Origin: Podarcis pityusensis
Lineage: Eukaryota
NCBI GenBank assembly: GCA_964106645.2
Contig: OZ067053.1
Direction: 5' to 3' (one strand)
DNA length: 64,000 nucleotides
The notes beneath the pieces are model-generated. The model saw nothing but the letters and a program-made list of their open reading frames with translations. It had not been told where the DNA came from and did no database searches. The position numbers were made by a program, and so were the translations under genes. Positions 22,031 to 35,179 of this stretch are shown here, piece by piece. Each line of letters opens with the position of its first letter. Position 1 is the first letter of the stretch.

Positions 22031-24034
22031 CCGAAGCTGACACACCTTTTGCCGTTTTGGGCAGGTGGTGCTTAACTGGGCTTAGGGATGCATGATTCTC
22101 TCTTCTCGCCTAAGGTGTGCTGGCTGGGGCTGGGGTCTGTCTCCATCCCCTCTCTAGTTGGTGCTTGCAGCTGGATGGGATTCAGAGTTACTGTGGCAGG
22201 AGACTGTATGCCACTGGCATGGCTGTCGCCTGATTGGGTTGGGAAATGGTCCACCGAAAAAGGAAGGAGCCCTGCCCTTGGATGGAGGACACTCTGAGAG
22301 CAGAGGCCCAGAGAGGTGGCATGGGAGGGGGGTGTGGTTCTCAGGGAAGGGCCACCACCTGGGCTGAGTAGACAAGAAAGGATGAGAGGGCCCTTCTTGG
22401 CAAAATGGTCTCAAGTGTAGGATTCTCCTCTCCTCCTGACTTACTGCCTCAGTAAGTCTATCTGCTTGCACATCAGATCATTTGAGAGAAGCCCTCCAAA
22501 AAACAAGCAAATCATTGCACAGGACATGAAGAAAAAAACACCTGTTTTTTTGTGTTCTGTGATTTTCATCTTCGGGCAGTTGACATAGTCAAGCGATTTA
22601 AGGCTGCCCGCTAATGGTGGAGTAAACTGCTCTGTCTTTGGGCCTTCCAGGAGTAGGGCATGTCTTTTGATGTAGCCATGGTACCCTCCTTTCCAAAAAT
22701 CGAAAAATAATTGGTCCAGAGGCGCTTCAGGTCTGAAATAGTTGGGTCTGGTGGCACTTTTTTTAGTTATGTTTACATTTATTTATTTATTTAATACATT
22801 TCTATATTGCCCTTCATCAAAGGATCACAAAGTGGTTTACAATGTAAAAACACAAAAATACATAGCGCAGTGACAAACAAAAACAATACTCCTCCCAAAA
22901 GGGTAACACACTGCAGTAATCTAACTTAGAGGTTAACAGAGCCTAGACAACAGAAGTTAGCTATCCATGTCCAGATAGGGATGCAGCTGGGCCACCAGCC
23001 AAAGCTGATGGAAGGCCTTTGCCACAGAGGCCACCTGAGCCTCAAGTGACAGCAATGGACCAGAAACGACCCCCAAGCTGCGTACTCGCTCCTGCAGAGG
23101 GAGTGTAACCCCATCAAGAGCAGGCAACCTCCTAGCTATCTGGTCTAGGGAACCACCTACTAACAGTGCCTCAGTTATGCATGCATTATGTTAGCTTTGA
23201 TTGGCTGGCCAGGTAGAATAAATAAATAAAGTTCTAGACACAAGTACAGGATGGGACTTTGCCCTCCTCATTTCAGGAAGTGTACCAGGTGTGGGAAATA
23301 TTGGTGTCAGTTGGAATTTCTTCTTCCGTGGACACAGTCTATTTATATACCAGTTAGATACATGGTTTAAAAAGTGACTGAGCTGGCATCGGGAGGTTAA
23401 TAATGTACCACTTACACATTCAAGTGTGTTAATCAGCAGGGCAACAATGCAGTGTCTCCTCATTTTGCCATAATCTTATTAGCCGTTTTTGACTGGCTTG
23501 CTTTCCCACACTGAAGAAGCTTCTTTGCTCCAAGGAGCTCCCGGGAAGGCAGAATTAGCGTCTTCCAGGAAACAAAGCTTGATCCAGGCAGTGGAAGGTT
23601 TTTGTCACCAATCTTGATATAGACAGGCTGGCAGTGCTGAACAACTTCACAGGAGGCTTTTAGAGACGTCACTGGCTCACTGACAAAATCCACTGATATC
23701 ACTGGTGCTGATTTCCAAGCCATAAGATAGATTTCTTTAATATTTTCGTTCTTGTAGAATACGTGGCCTCATTTCACAGTATCGGCGGTCACAAAATCAT
23801 GCGGCTTCAAGTGCAACTGGGTGTCCTCTGCCATCCACCACAGGGCAAGGGACTCCAGAAAAATAAGGGCTGATTTCCTCCTGCTGCATGTGCAGTTCAC
23901 ATTCCATGCCTCAGGTAATCATTGAGAGATCCAGGTAGTTGAAAGTCAGTTTCTATAAAGCTAAATAAAATAACCTCCGTTCAAGTCCTTGGCACTCTTC
24001 TGATGTCAGATTCGTTGAGCAAAGAGGCAAACAT

Positions 24035-24205
24035 TACAAGCCCATACATAACTACTCAGAAGTAAGCCCCATGGAGGTCTATTGGGCTTACTCACAGGTA
24101 AGCGGGCATAGGACTGCAGCCTAAGTCTGCAATCATATGTACGCTTGCCTGGGAGTAGGCCCAGTTGAATTTAACTCTGACTAAAAGCGCATTGGCTCAG
24201 ACTGT
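24035..24205. repeat. Two adjacent short palindromic MITE-like repeats
   Basis: AGTAAGCCCCATGG...TGGGCTTACT fold-back units; similar units at ~7125-7230 and 27928-28016. Confidence 0.45.
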
Positions 24206-24339
24206 AGCATTCGATTTTAAGTGGTTAAACCTTTATATTCTAGTAAAATGGAAGGTTTAAGGTTGTAAAGTGGTGGTGAAACAGGCTAAGAGGCTTCAGT
24301 CCTGCACACAGTGAGTTTGCTTTAAATTTCTCAGATTAA

Positions 24340-26270
24340 ATCTTCCCCTATAACTTTTCAACCATATATTATAATGAATATTTCAATAAAAGGGGAATGG
24401 TTTCATCCAGTTCCACAGAAACATTTCCGTAATCAGTCAACATGTCCAGATCTTTAATTGGCATGAATGCAGCTTTCCAAAGATGAGCCCATGCACTTTT
24501 CACAGCAACCAAAAGCTTTTGTATGAACAATTTAGTTGCCCCTTGAAATCAAGAGAGTTCAAAATGACTTGATACTTCAAATGTTAACACTTTCCCCATT
24601 ATTCCCACCACTTGGGTTGAAGAGACTTGAAGAAAAGGGCAAGTCCAACAAGAAAGTTAGAAATCTGCACTGTTGGTATGTCATTTCCAGAAACTAAAAG
24701 TGACAGTTCAGTAAAGGATTTTGTTTAGCTTTTCAGGAGTAATATAGGAGTAAGATTACTGTTTTGTACACCGGATATATATATAGTGGTTAAGCAACGT
24801 ACAACAGGAATTGCCTGATGCATGGTTCTTTGCTGATGTCCTTTTTGATTGACGTGTTGGATCCATCAGTCATACAATTTTCTCAATTTCATATTGCAGT
24901 TACCTTATAATTGAGAAATTGCTCTAGTTTCCTGAACTCTCCCCCCTCCTTAAATTCTTTGTGAGAGATAACCGAATATGTGTCATCAAATGCCCTAAAG
25001 GGTCTTAATTAAATGTATTCTCTCTCATGACAATGGCCAGTGGCAGTGTTTGCAGTCTTAGCTTGTTTCTCCCCTGATCCCCTAAAATCGGTTTTAAAAG
25101 CTGAAGTAGAATGAGTTGCTTCTGCCCAAGTGACCTTTCTCTCTTGTAGAATCTCGAAAGGAATTCATATTGATTAATTTTCCAGCCCAAAGCATGCACC
25201 TGATGTCTCTTGAGGGATCCATACCCAGAGTCACTGAATTTGTGCTGCCTTATAGTATTAACAGAGGCTAGTGTGCACATGATCATCCTTTTCTGCAGGG
25301 TGGATAACAGACCTAGAATATTTTCCAGCATACAAAGATTCAGCATTTTCTTCCAGTAACAATTCACTTTTGATTGTAGAGGCATAATGAATAACAGCAA
25401 ACATGTTGGATTCAAAGTATTGTTTACTATTCCAGGCCAAAGGTTACCAACCCATTCTTGACTTGAACCATGCTGAAGATTCAGCCACCTTTCCATGAGG
25501 GAGCTTGTGCTTTGCTAATCTCTCGCACCTTCACTTGGGTTTTAGTCAGCTGGGCTGGACTTCTCCATAGTAACTAGAAGGTCAAATAGCCTAAGAACTT
25601 GCCGAGGTACAACTCTGAAAGGCTATGATCAGATAAAGCCTGTGATGGCCTGTGCTGACATGGCATTGCTTAGGAACCACTGAGAAGAAATCCCTTATGG
25701 TGAAGGAGTTCAGAAAGGTGGAGTTTTGTGAGCACAACACATGCATCTTAGTATGAACAAGGATGTGTTTGGATGCCCCCACTTCACCAGGCTCTCTATG
25801 TGCAGCCTGGCATCCAGCGGTGTTCTGGTCCTCCTGTGAATAAGCCTCTCCTGTGTGAAGCCTTTGTGGCTCAAGTTGTTCTGGGCCTGACCTGTCAGTC
25901 TAGCAAATGGTTGTTCATTCCAGAAGTTGGAGGTTATCTCATTGGTTCCATAAAACAGCAAGTGAGGGGTGGCAAGAAGGCAGTGATTCTGCCACTGGTG
26001 ATGGTGGGAAGAGAGACTTTATTCTGCAAACTGGCTGTTCTTGTGCCTATCTCCTTCTGCCCTGCAGTGCAAAAGAGTCTCTAGAATCTTGGAGCTCCCA
26101 ACTAGTTCTGTGGTGTGCAGAAAGTTGAACATGGTGTTGTAGGAGAGGATTGTGTCAAAGCTTCCATTTTTTCCAAATAGAAAAGACTCAGCTGAGAAGA
26201 TTTTCAAAAGCAGTATAAGAGGTGGTGGGGTCTGCTACCACGGGTGGAGGGATGCTAAATAAACTTCTTG
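24340..26270 (-). mobile_element. Degenerate L1-clade LINE ORF2 remnant
   Basis: Minus strand: endonuclease-like LLFYGTNE, TIRDFFSV and QALSDHSL, then C-terminal YITPEKLNKI and FWK*HTNSADF*LSCWTCP (decayed CCHC zinc knuckle); many stops. Confidence 0.55.
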
Positions 26271-26430
26271 GACTTTAGCCATTGCTCCTGAGACTAGCCC
26301 GGTAAAAATGTCACTACTAAATGGAAAAAAAACACCTTTTGAGTCACTTGTAACCTCTTCCCAAAGACTTTCCACCTGTAATCTGGCAAGGGGTCAATTC
26401 TTGTAGAGGATCCAGAGAAGGCACCTTGTG

Positions 26431-26828
26431 ATAGGGGGAGAAATTCAATTTCAAGGCGAACCTACCTAATTTGCACTTTCTGAAACCGCACATGAACCGA
26501 ATTTTGCAATGCAGTTCTCCAGCTAAACAGTGTGTTAACAAAAATGCATACACTGGAGCGAACTGTGCGCAAAAATGAATGTACTGGTGAAAATAACACA
26601 ACTGTATTATATTGGGGAAACTGCTTTGTAAAAATGTTTATACTAACAAGATAGCATTAAAAATGTGTATCAGGAGAAACTCACATTAAAATACAGGTGA
26701 ATTTTCGTAATTTTTCATTGAAACCATTTCCCCCCACAAACTGATTTGGAATAATGGAGAACTGAAGTTAAGATCTGAAAAAATGAGAAACTGAGAGGAA
26801 GCAAAATTGACTAATCCACCCCTCCCTA
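26431..26828 (+). mobile_element. Old non-autonomous DNA transposon (hAT-like TAGGG..CCCTA ends)
   Basis: Inverted homologous copies at ~28265-28545 and ~41510-41955 (GGAGAACTGCA / TGCAGTTCTCC core). Confidence 0.55.
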
Positions 26829-29800
26829 CTCATCACTTCAATTTCCAAGTACCAGTGTGCTCTGTTATATGGCCAAGCATAACTGAACTGATTTTTGTAT
26901 CAGCTGAAGTCTGTTGCAGTGGAATGGAAGGGCACAGAGGGGCATCAGGTCAGCTTAACTGGGTGACTGATGTTTCCAGCAGAGATTAACTTGATCAGGC
27001 CACTTATTGTTCCTCACACAGCTATAGAAAGCCACACATGAGGAGGAGCCTGTTGCGTTCCCCTCGCCTTCAGCAGCAGCCTGAAGAGGTGCCTGCCTTT
27101 GCAATCTTGCTGACGTGGGAGCAAGTCCAAGTTTGCAAATGAAGCTGCTGATGGCATTACAGTGATGCTACGCCAGCAAATAAGTTGCTAAGAATGTTTG
27201 GGAATGGGGTGTAAGATGGGGCTGTCTTTTTTAGGAGCTGCCCTAAGCATCATCTTTTTTGTTTTGTTTTGTTTTTCTTACATAATTCTAGCTAAATTAG
27301 ATTTGTAGGCTTCGGGAGAAGCAGTAATTGGCTGATGTGAATTGCATGCAGCAGTGATTACCTCACCCTGATTCATAAAGCCTAATATGGGGAATAAGAG
27401 CAAGCCTGCCAGTGACATCTTGGCAACTGAGGCGGAAAATCCAAACGGTGCCCTCCTTTACACTTCTGTTTTTAAAAAGCCGGTAATTTAAGGGTGGCCC
27501 AAATCTGCCACTTCGGGTGGCTGCCGCTCTCCATCTGAGCCAGTCCAAAGAGGGTAATCATTGCTCTGATACCATTTATAGCCGAGCTGAGCATAAGAGG
27601 GGTGATGAACATGTACCCCTGGTTTGCTGCTCTTCCTTCCCATGAGGTACATCTAATCCTAATGAGATGGTTCGGTTTTATTCCAACTTCTTGAGAAGGA
27701 AGTTAGTTGAAATCAGAGCAGGCTTTCTTTCTGGGAAGGGAGAAATGGAGGCAAGGCCTCAGTATACGTAACTAATTAACAGAGCCTGCCCTCACCTCAC
27801 CTCTTTCTTTCAAAGCACTGCGGAACTAGCCAGGTACTCACTTGGACATATTCCAAGAACTATGGAACTCACAACAGCTATGTGCAAAGGTTGGTTCTCT
27901 TAAAATGATCATCTCCTCTGGGTGCCTTGCAGCCTAATCCTGCATGCAGTTACTTGGAGGTGCCCCACTAAATCCAGTGGGAATTACTCTTGAGTGAGTG
28001 TGGTCAGGATTGCAGACGCAGTCTGGGATACTAGCATCACTCCAGGTGTCACGTGAAACCTTCAAAAAATGTGGCACAAAGATAATCTCTCCCTGTTACA
28101 GTAGGTGTCCCCCCCCACAGAATTAGGCCATCTTCTCTTTTCCCTGCCCCCACCCCCAAATTTAGACCAATTAAAAGACACTTGCAAAAAAAATAAAAAT
28201 ACTGTTTAAGCCCATGTACTCAAGGTTATACTGCTGTCAGAAGTATAGGAATGGGGTGCAGCTGTAAGATTTGTCAATTCCAGCACTTCTTTTTTCTTAC
28301 TTCACCAGTCTTAAATTCAGATCTCCATATTTCTACAGCAATTTGCATTTTTTTAAAACTAAAAATCCTCATGAAAGTCCAGCATTTTGTGTAATTCTAG
28401 CCCCAAGCAAACACGTTTTGTATGCAATTTTGGCTAATACACACATTTCTGTGAGCTGCTTCCCTAACATAATTCATTTGTTTCAGGTCGCATATTGGTT
28501 TAATAGGTGTGAATTAGGTAGTTTCTCATTAAAGTGCAAACCACGTTGAGCTTCTTCTGAGGTGCTGGGGCCCCTTCTCAGCACTGCAGATGCTACACTG
28601 TGCTGCAAGCCTGGGGGGGGCACATGGGAGGGGGTTCATGGTCGGTTCCACCCTTTCACACTTCCTTCCCTCTCCCCCACCCCCAGTTTCTGGGAGGGTG
28701 GTGCAGGTGCCTCTCATTACCATTCTAGCAGGTGCCAGAAAGCAATGCCCTCCATTGGCCTCCCATGCTGGTGATGCCATGGGAAGAAGGGCCCAAAATG
28801 GTGTCAGAGCGGAGGAGTCAGGGCTGCTGGAGGTATGACATTCAGCACAGCCTGGGTTTTCTTACAGTTATCGACTCATGCAGCTGACCTGCCTAGTTTC
28901 AGTTTGAGACTCTATTTGCTTTTCACAGACTTATTAACTAGCTCACAACTTTATGCAGAAGCCGTGAATTCTGAAAGCTGCTAGGGAGAGCTTTAAGAAG
29001 GTGGGGGAGGAAATACGTTGAACACTTGCAGCTGCACCCGAGAGAGACATTTTTGCATACATTAATATTTGAGCATGGTCTAAATGGGGATTCACAGTTA
29101 TCAGGCAGAATTGTTGGGTGACCCATCATCTCAGGGTTACATGAGGTACAAAAGCGGTCCAGCACATTGTAATGGTGGCAGTTCATACCTGCAGGCCATA
29201 TTTGTAGGAATAATTGGGGAGGGGGAGAGAGAGAAGAAAGGGGGTGGTACATTCCAGTGGTTCACTTGCACTGGTAGACTTTTCTTCCTGTTATTTGGGA
29301 CACAGAATACGGTAAGAGGTAGAGAACCCAGAGGAACCTCTGACCGTTGAAAACAGCAGCAAGAATGGCTGCTTGCAGAGTCTCGTTCATGTTGACCAAA
29401 TCTCTGCAGAGTGCTGTGTGGCCATGCAGTATGGAAATGATTCACTCCAGAGCAAATCTTCTGAGAGAGAGAAAACGGGATAAAATGTACCTTGTTACAG
29501 ATGAATAAATTGAGAGATGGGGAGAAATGGTGCAGAACACACCCACTTGTATGAAAACAAGGGGGAAAGATGTATGAACAGACAAGGCAAGGCAGATGCA
29601 GTGTGAAAATTAGAAATGAAATGAGAAATGATATTGCAGTTTAAAACTGGTGATCATCAGAGCCCTTGGTTTAAAAATGTCCTTCCCACGTATTGGATTG
29701 CCCCAAACAACATGGCAACCGTGTTGATCCTTATTCCCCTCCATGGATCATGTAGCAGGCTGGAAGAATTGTGGCTGACACAGAGCCATGTGGAAGAATG

Positions 29801-30663
29801 CTGAGCAAATCTGAAGAAGTACAGTACCTTAATTTGTTGGGTATCATTTGGCTCAACACAAAACAAAAACAAAACTAGTTTGGGATAGTTTAAGCTTGGC
29901 TCCAGTTTGCGATTTGATATAGCAATTACAGCATCCATCATTTCAAGCTTCTCCAGATTCACTAGGCTTGTGTCAAAGTATGCAAGGTCTTGCAGAAGCC
30001 TGCAGCCTCACTCGGCAAAAGTAGCCCTCCAGGTCACCACTGCTCCTGCCTCTAGTGTATGACTGTATTTATTTATTTCTTAAATTTATATCCCACCCTT
30101 CCTCCCGAAGGAGCACACTCCAGTTTACTTTACATCCAGTGCATGTCCACTGCTGGTATCTGGTGCTGTTTGTACATAATGTTAGTCACAACTTCCCTTT
30201 ATTACATATTTAGTTCAAGATATGACCTAACCCCTCCCCTGACAGCATATGAATCAATATGGCTAATTTGACCCAATAACACCCCCTCATCACACACAGA
30301 GACAAAACTCACTGCAAGCAACCGAATGCAGCCAACCATGCTCTGGGCTCTCCAATCTCTCGCTTTGCAACAATGAATGAATAAATAAATGATCTGTCCA
30401 CATGGCGCTGACACAAAAACTCTGCACATACGCTATGCAAAAGAACGGAATATTATTCTCCCCCCTTCTCTCTCCCCCCCACCTCACAATGTCTATGACA
30501 ACAATGTCTCACACCAAATGTAACTGCCATATAGGAAGGACTCTGTGAGTTGAAACATAATATGTACCTTTGTTATTCATGAAAATCTTTTAATAAAAAA
30601 GTAAATTAAAATAAAACAATGTTAGCCACAAGCCACATCTATCCTGGAGTTTCTTGAGAAATA

Positions 30664-30881
30664 CAACCGTGCCTTGGGTCTCAAACGCCTTGACTCCCGA
30701 ACAAATCGGCTCCCGAACAATCGAAACCTGGAAGTGAGTGTTCCAGTTTTCGAACGATTTTCGGAAGCCGAGTGTCCAGAGCTCCTGCAGCCAATTGGAA
30801 GCCACACCTTGGTTTTTGAATGGTTCCGGGAGTTGAACGGGCTCCCAGAATGCATTCTGTTCAAGAACCAAGGTACGACTA
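30664..30881. mobile_element. Tigger/pogo-like MITE (diverged subfamily)
   Basis: TA-CAACCGTGCCTTGG ... CCAAGGTACGACT ends; CpG-rich internal CGAAC repeats. Confidence 0.65.
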
Positions 30882-32338
30882 GTGCATTTTGATGTGTTTC
30901 CTCCCAAACCAGCAACTGAAAACTTAAGCCATATGAAGACACCCAATGCTCCCTCTCCACCCACTGGAGTGGACAGATAGTGGGCGACTTGGAAATATGT
31001 CTAGCTGTCCTGATGTGAACAACGATGTGCAAATGTGATTTGATGCAGAAGTGGTTTGCTGCATTTTAAGTCAGTCTTGTGATGGGTTCCATTTGTACTG
31101 TGCTGGCTACAGTAAGTTCTGGAAAATATAAAACTTGGGTGAGAATAGCATTTGGGGAATGAGTGAAGTAGGGAGATCTGACCTTGTGTTGCTATCATTG
31201 CAAAGGAGAAGTTTATCAGACTTGATGGTTTGCTCCACCTCTTCGTCCTACTTTGAGAGGCAGGTGGCATTTTATCACAGTCTGGGTGTTAAGACTATTT
31301 TTAAGCATGAGAACAAGGCTGGCTATCCATCATCCCATGTAGGGCGCTTGCTTTGTAAGACGGTAGGCAAGGGATAGGAATTATTCACAAGCTGGCTACC
31401 CAAAGCACCAGTGAGTGAAGAACTTTCTAATGGCAGGGCTGGTCAGCAGTGGAACAGAGGCTGCCTTAGAATGTGATGGACTTGCCATTGTTGGAGATTT
31501 TTAAGCCGACGCTGGATGCTCAGGATACTTTAGTAGTGGATGTCCTGTTCTAGTTCTGCGATTCTTTTCATACCACTACAGCCCAAGTTAGATCGCTTAA
31601 AGGATTTCATCCATTGCAGAGGTCTTTATTCACTGATGTTTGCTTGTTACACAAAATTCTGTTGATTTTTTTAAACATACTTTATGCTTTGCTAAAAGCT
31701 GGGAGAGGAGAGGGAAATAAAACAACCCTGCTTCCTTCTCTCTCCCTTTAATCTGTCAAATGGCAATGGGTCTACCCTGATTCTCCATTAAAAGAGAGTG
31801 GAAAGAAGGGAGTTTGACTCAGTTCTGTTTGTTTTAATGGTTGGTCCTTTGTTGTTTAAATTTCCAGCTCATTTATGCACTGCCCTATTTATGTGTCTGT
31901 CTGTGGGTAGATGCCTCTTTGTAAAATAAGTCTTACACTGAACTATGGCTCTGCCTAACTGGTAATGTGAGGGGGCTTGGTTCCCAGTTAAGTGGAAAAG
32001 CTCAAGAGGGCTACACAAACCTGAGCAAAGGAGCATCCAGAGAAAACCATCTTGCAGGAGATTTATAAACCAAAAGGCAGAGAGAAGGCAGAACTGTTAA
32101 GTACCTGGGAAAAGTAGAACTTAAGGACTTGCAGCCCAGAATAGGTAAGGAGATAGAAAACACCTAGCTAAATTAGATTGTGCTCAAATCCTGCTTGCGG
32201 GTTCCCCACAGGCATCTGGTTGGCCACAGTGAAAACAGGATGCTGGGTTAGATGACCCATTGGCCTGATCCAGCAGGCTCTTCAATGCCCTTATGTTATC
32301 AAACAAGTTCAATTCTCGAGACTCTTATGAATTACAAT

Positions 32339-32599
32339 CAGGGGTCAGCAAACTTTTTAGCAGGGGGGCCGGTCCACTGTCCCTCAGACCTTGTGGGGGG
32401 CCGGACTATATTTTGGGGGAAAGGGGGGGAGAGAACGAATTCCTATGCCCCACAAATAACCCAGAGATGCATTTTAAATAAAAGTACTGTACACATTCTA
32501 CTCATGTAAAAACATGCTGATTCCTGGACTGTCTGTGGGCTGGATTTAGAAGGCAATTGGGCCGGATGCGGCCCCCGGGCCTTAGTTTGCCTACCCATG
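32339..32599 (-). mobile_element. hAT-type MITE, full length
   Basis: CAGGGGTCAGCAAAC ... GTTTGCCTACCCATG; approximate TSD AATTACA(A)T; reverse-complement copy of the 4989-5323 family. Confidence 0.85.
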
Positions 32600-32689
32600 A
32601 ATTACATGTTGTGGTATTGAAGGAGCAGAGATGCTGATCACAGTTTGAAACTTTTAAATAGTTAAGAATCCACAGAGAATGCATGAGGA

Positions 32690-33487
32690 GCCAGAAGAGT
32701 GGAGATGGGCAAATGTCGTCCCTGTCTTCAAAAGGTGGGGTAAAGAGCGGGTCTCGAAAACTACAGACCATGCCAGTTTCACAATGATGCCTGGCAAAAT
32801 TCTAGTACACGCTATTAAAATTAGCATGTACAGTGATTACTAGGAGTCAGCAGGGGTCATCAAGAATAAATCATACCAAACCAATCTCACTTTCTTCTTT
32901 TTTATATACCGTATTTTTCGCTCTATAAGATGCACCAGACCACAAGACGCACCTAGTTTTTGGAGGAGGAAAACAGGAAAAAAAATATTCTGAATCTGAG
33001 AAGCCAGAACAGCAAGAGGGATCGCTGCGCAGTGAAAGCAGCAATCCCTCTTGCTGTTCTGGCTTCTGGGATAGCTGCGAAGCCTGCATTCGCTCCATAA
33101 GACGCAGACACATTTCCCCTTACTTTTTAGGAGGGGAAAAGTGAGTCTTATAGAGCAAAAAATATGGTAACTACTATTTGATAACCAAGTGGATTGTGGA
33201 AATCCCATGGATATATTATGATTTCAGCAAAGCAGTTGACAGAAGCCTCCTGTGATATCCTTGTTAACAATATGGTAAAATGTGGGCAGGATGATACTGC
33301 CATTGGGTGGAACCACAGCTGCCTGAACAACTGTACACAATATGTGTTTGTTCATGGCTCAGCATCAACCTGCAAGGGAGATCTCAAGTGGAGTGCCCCA
33401 GAGCTCTGTTCTAGCCCCGTACTCTGCAACATTTTTATAAATGGCTTGGATGAGGGAGTAGAGGCGATGCCTATCAGATTTGCAGGT
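32690..33487 (+). mobile_element. CR1 LINE RT-region fragment interrupted by a MITE
   Basis: ANVVPVFK-like segment, then DFSKA-like and SPVLCNIFINGLDEGVEAMPIRFAG (CR1 RT GPVLFNIFINDLD..KFADD-like). Confidence 0.75.
32909..33167 (+). mobile_element. Tc1/mariner (Tc2-like) MITE
   Basis: TA-flanked; TIRs CCGTATTTTTCGCTCTATAAGA / TCTTATAGAGCAAAAAATATGG. Confidence 0.85.
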
Positions 33488-34145
33488 AATCAGTGGGGAC
33501 ACAGGGCTTGCTGCTTTGCTACACTACCCCGAATGTTCCTTATAACCACAGCTGACAACTAGGCCTTGCCTCTCCATCTACAAAGGTGTTTGAAGCACCT
33601 CTTGCTTTCTTGGTGCTTCTGCTGAGGCAATGATGTATAGCAGCCTTCATCAACCTGCTGCTGTTCCACATGTTCCGGACTAAATACTCATCAGCATGTA
33701 CCAGCTGGGGATGATGGGAGTTGTAGTCAAAATATCTGGAAGGCACCAGATTGATGAAGAAGACTGCTGTACAGGATCCTTAATCAGCCTGCACTCCTTT
33801 CCCTCCATGTTTAATAATGCATGATTAATAAAATCCTAGTTTATTTCACCACCATTCATGGTTGGCCCCTAAACCTTTAAGTAACTAATTCACTGTTGTC
33901 GCCTGGGAACCCTCTGCTGAAGCATATACATTCAACCATCTCATATGGCCCTCAAGCTTATTTACAGTGGCCGTCTGTTGTATTCATACTCCCGTTTTTA
34001 GTGTACGGAAGTACCATTTGGAAAAGCAAGGGATGGCAGTGGGCGAGGTGGATTTGAGAGGCTTCGAATAGAACAATCTGGCACCTTTAAAGGTGGGGGA
34101 ACTAGAACATGTGGTGGGCTGGTGCGACAGCCAAGGAATTGAGTG

Positions 34146-34150
<5 letters not shown>

Positions 34151-34190
<40 letters not shown>
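34151..34190. repeat. (AG)n microsatellite
   Basis: About 20 perfect AG units. Confidence 0.95.
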
Positions 34191-34192
<2 letters not shown>

Positions 34193-34243
34193 CTTAAAAA
34201 CCAGCAGCCAGGCAGAAAATCTGATAATTGTGAAGACAATGTT

Positions 34244-34495
34244 GAAGAAGAAGAAGAGTTTGGATTTGATATCCCGCCTTTCACTCCCCTTCAGGAGTCT
34301 CAAAGCGGCTAACATTCTCCTTTCCCTTCCTCCCCCACAACAAACACTCTGTGAGGTGAGTGGGGCTGAGAGACTTCAAAGAAGTGTGACTGGCCCAAGA
34401 TCACCCAGCAGCTGCATGTGGAGGAGCGGAGACGCGAACCCGGTTCCCCAGATTACGAGACTACCGCTCTTAACCACTACACCACATTGGCTCTC
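34244..34495 (-). mobile_element. Squam3-like SINE
   Basis: Homologous to the other three copies; retains several CpGs, suggesting a young copy. Confidence 0.88.
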
Positions 34496-34948
34496 TATTG
34501 TATGGATGTTTCCCCTGGAAGGCTTGTGGCAAGGACGCTGCCTCTTGTGCTCTTGATTCACATCAAGAGGTGCACATTGGGGACCAACTTACAATGGGAG
34601 TCAAATACAAATGAGCTCAGAATATCCAGTGGACATGCTTCAAGAAATAACTTCTAGGAATGGGGCCAGAATAGAATATGTCCCGTGATCCGAAAATGAT
34701 CCGAGATAGTCCAGGAACTGCATTTAGGGAACCCTGAGATGCCATAGAAGAATGTTCTTTAACCCAGCTTCCAAGGTTGTTTAGGAGTTCCAAATACATC
34801 ATAAGGAGTGGGCAGATGACTAATAACAGATGTACCATGAAAGTCCTATCCACAAGGTTTCCAGTGGCGTGTGAGTGTGTGGCTTGTACATACCCCATCC
34901 TATCTTTGCAGTGTGTAAGATGGAACATCTTGAAAAAGCAAGTGTATC

Positions 34949-35179
34949 CAGTGGTACCTCGGGTTACATATGCTTCAGGTTACATACGCTTCAGGTTACA
35001 GACTCCGCTAACCCAGAAATATTACCTTGGGTTAAGAACTTTGCTTCAGGATGAGAACAGAAATTGCATGGCGGCAGCGGGAGGCCCCATTAGCTAAAGT
35101 GGTGCTTCAGGTTAAGAACAGTTTCAGGTTAAGAACAGACCTCCGGAACGAATTAAGTACTTAACCTGAGGTACCACTG
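34949..35179 (+). mobile_element. Tigger/pogo-like MITE
   Basis: TIRs CAGTGGTACCTCGGG / CCTGAGGTACCACTG followed by TA. Confidence 0.85.

Noticed and set aside
20606-22095. Long overlapping ORFs (up to 425 aa) on both strands
   Set aside because: Ala/Gly/Pro/Arg-rich low-complexity products, explained by stop-codon scarcity in a CpG island; no recognisable domain.
5460-34495. All four Squam3-like SINEs lie on the minus strand
   Set aside because: With four copies this has a 1-in-8 chance probability; not significant.
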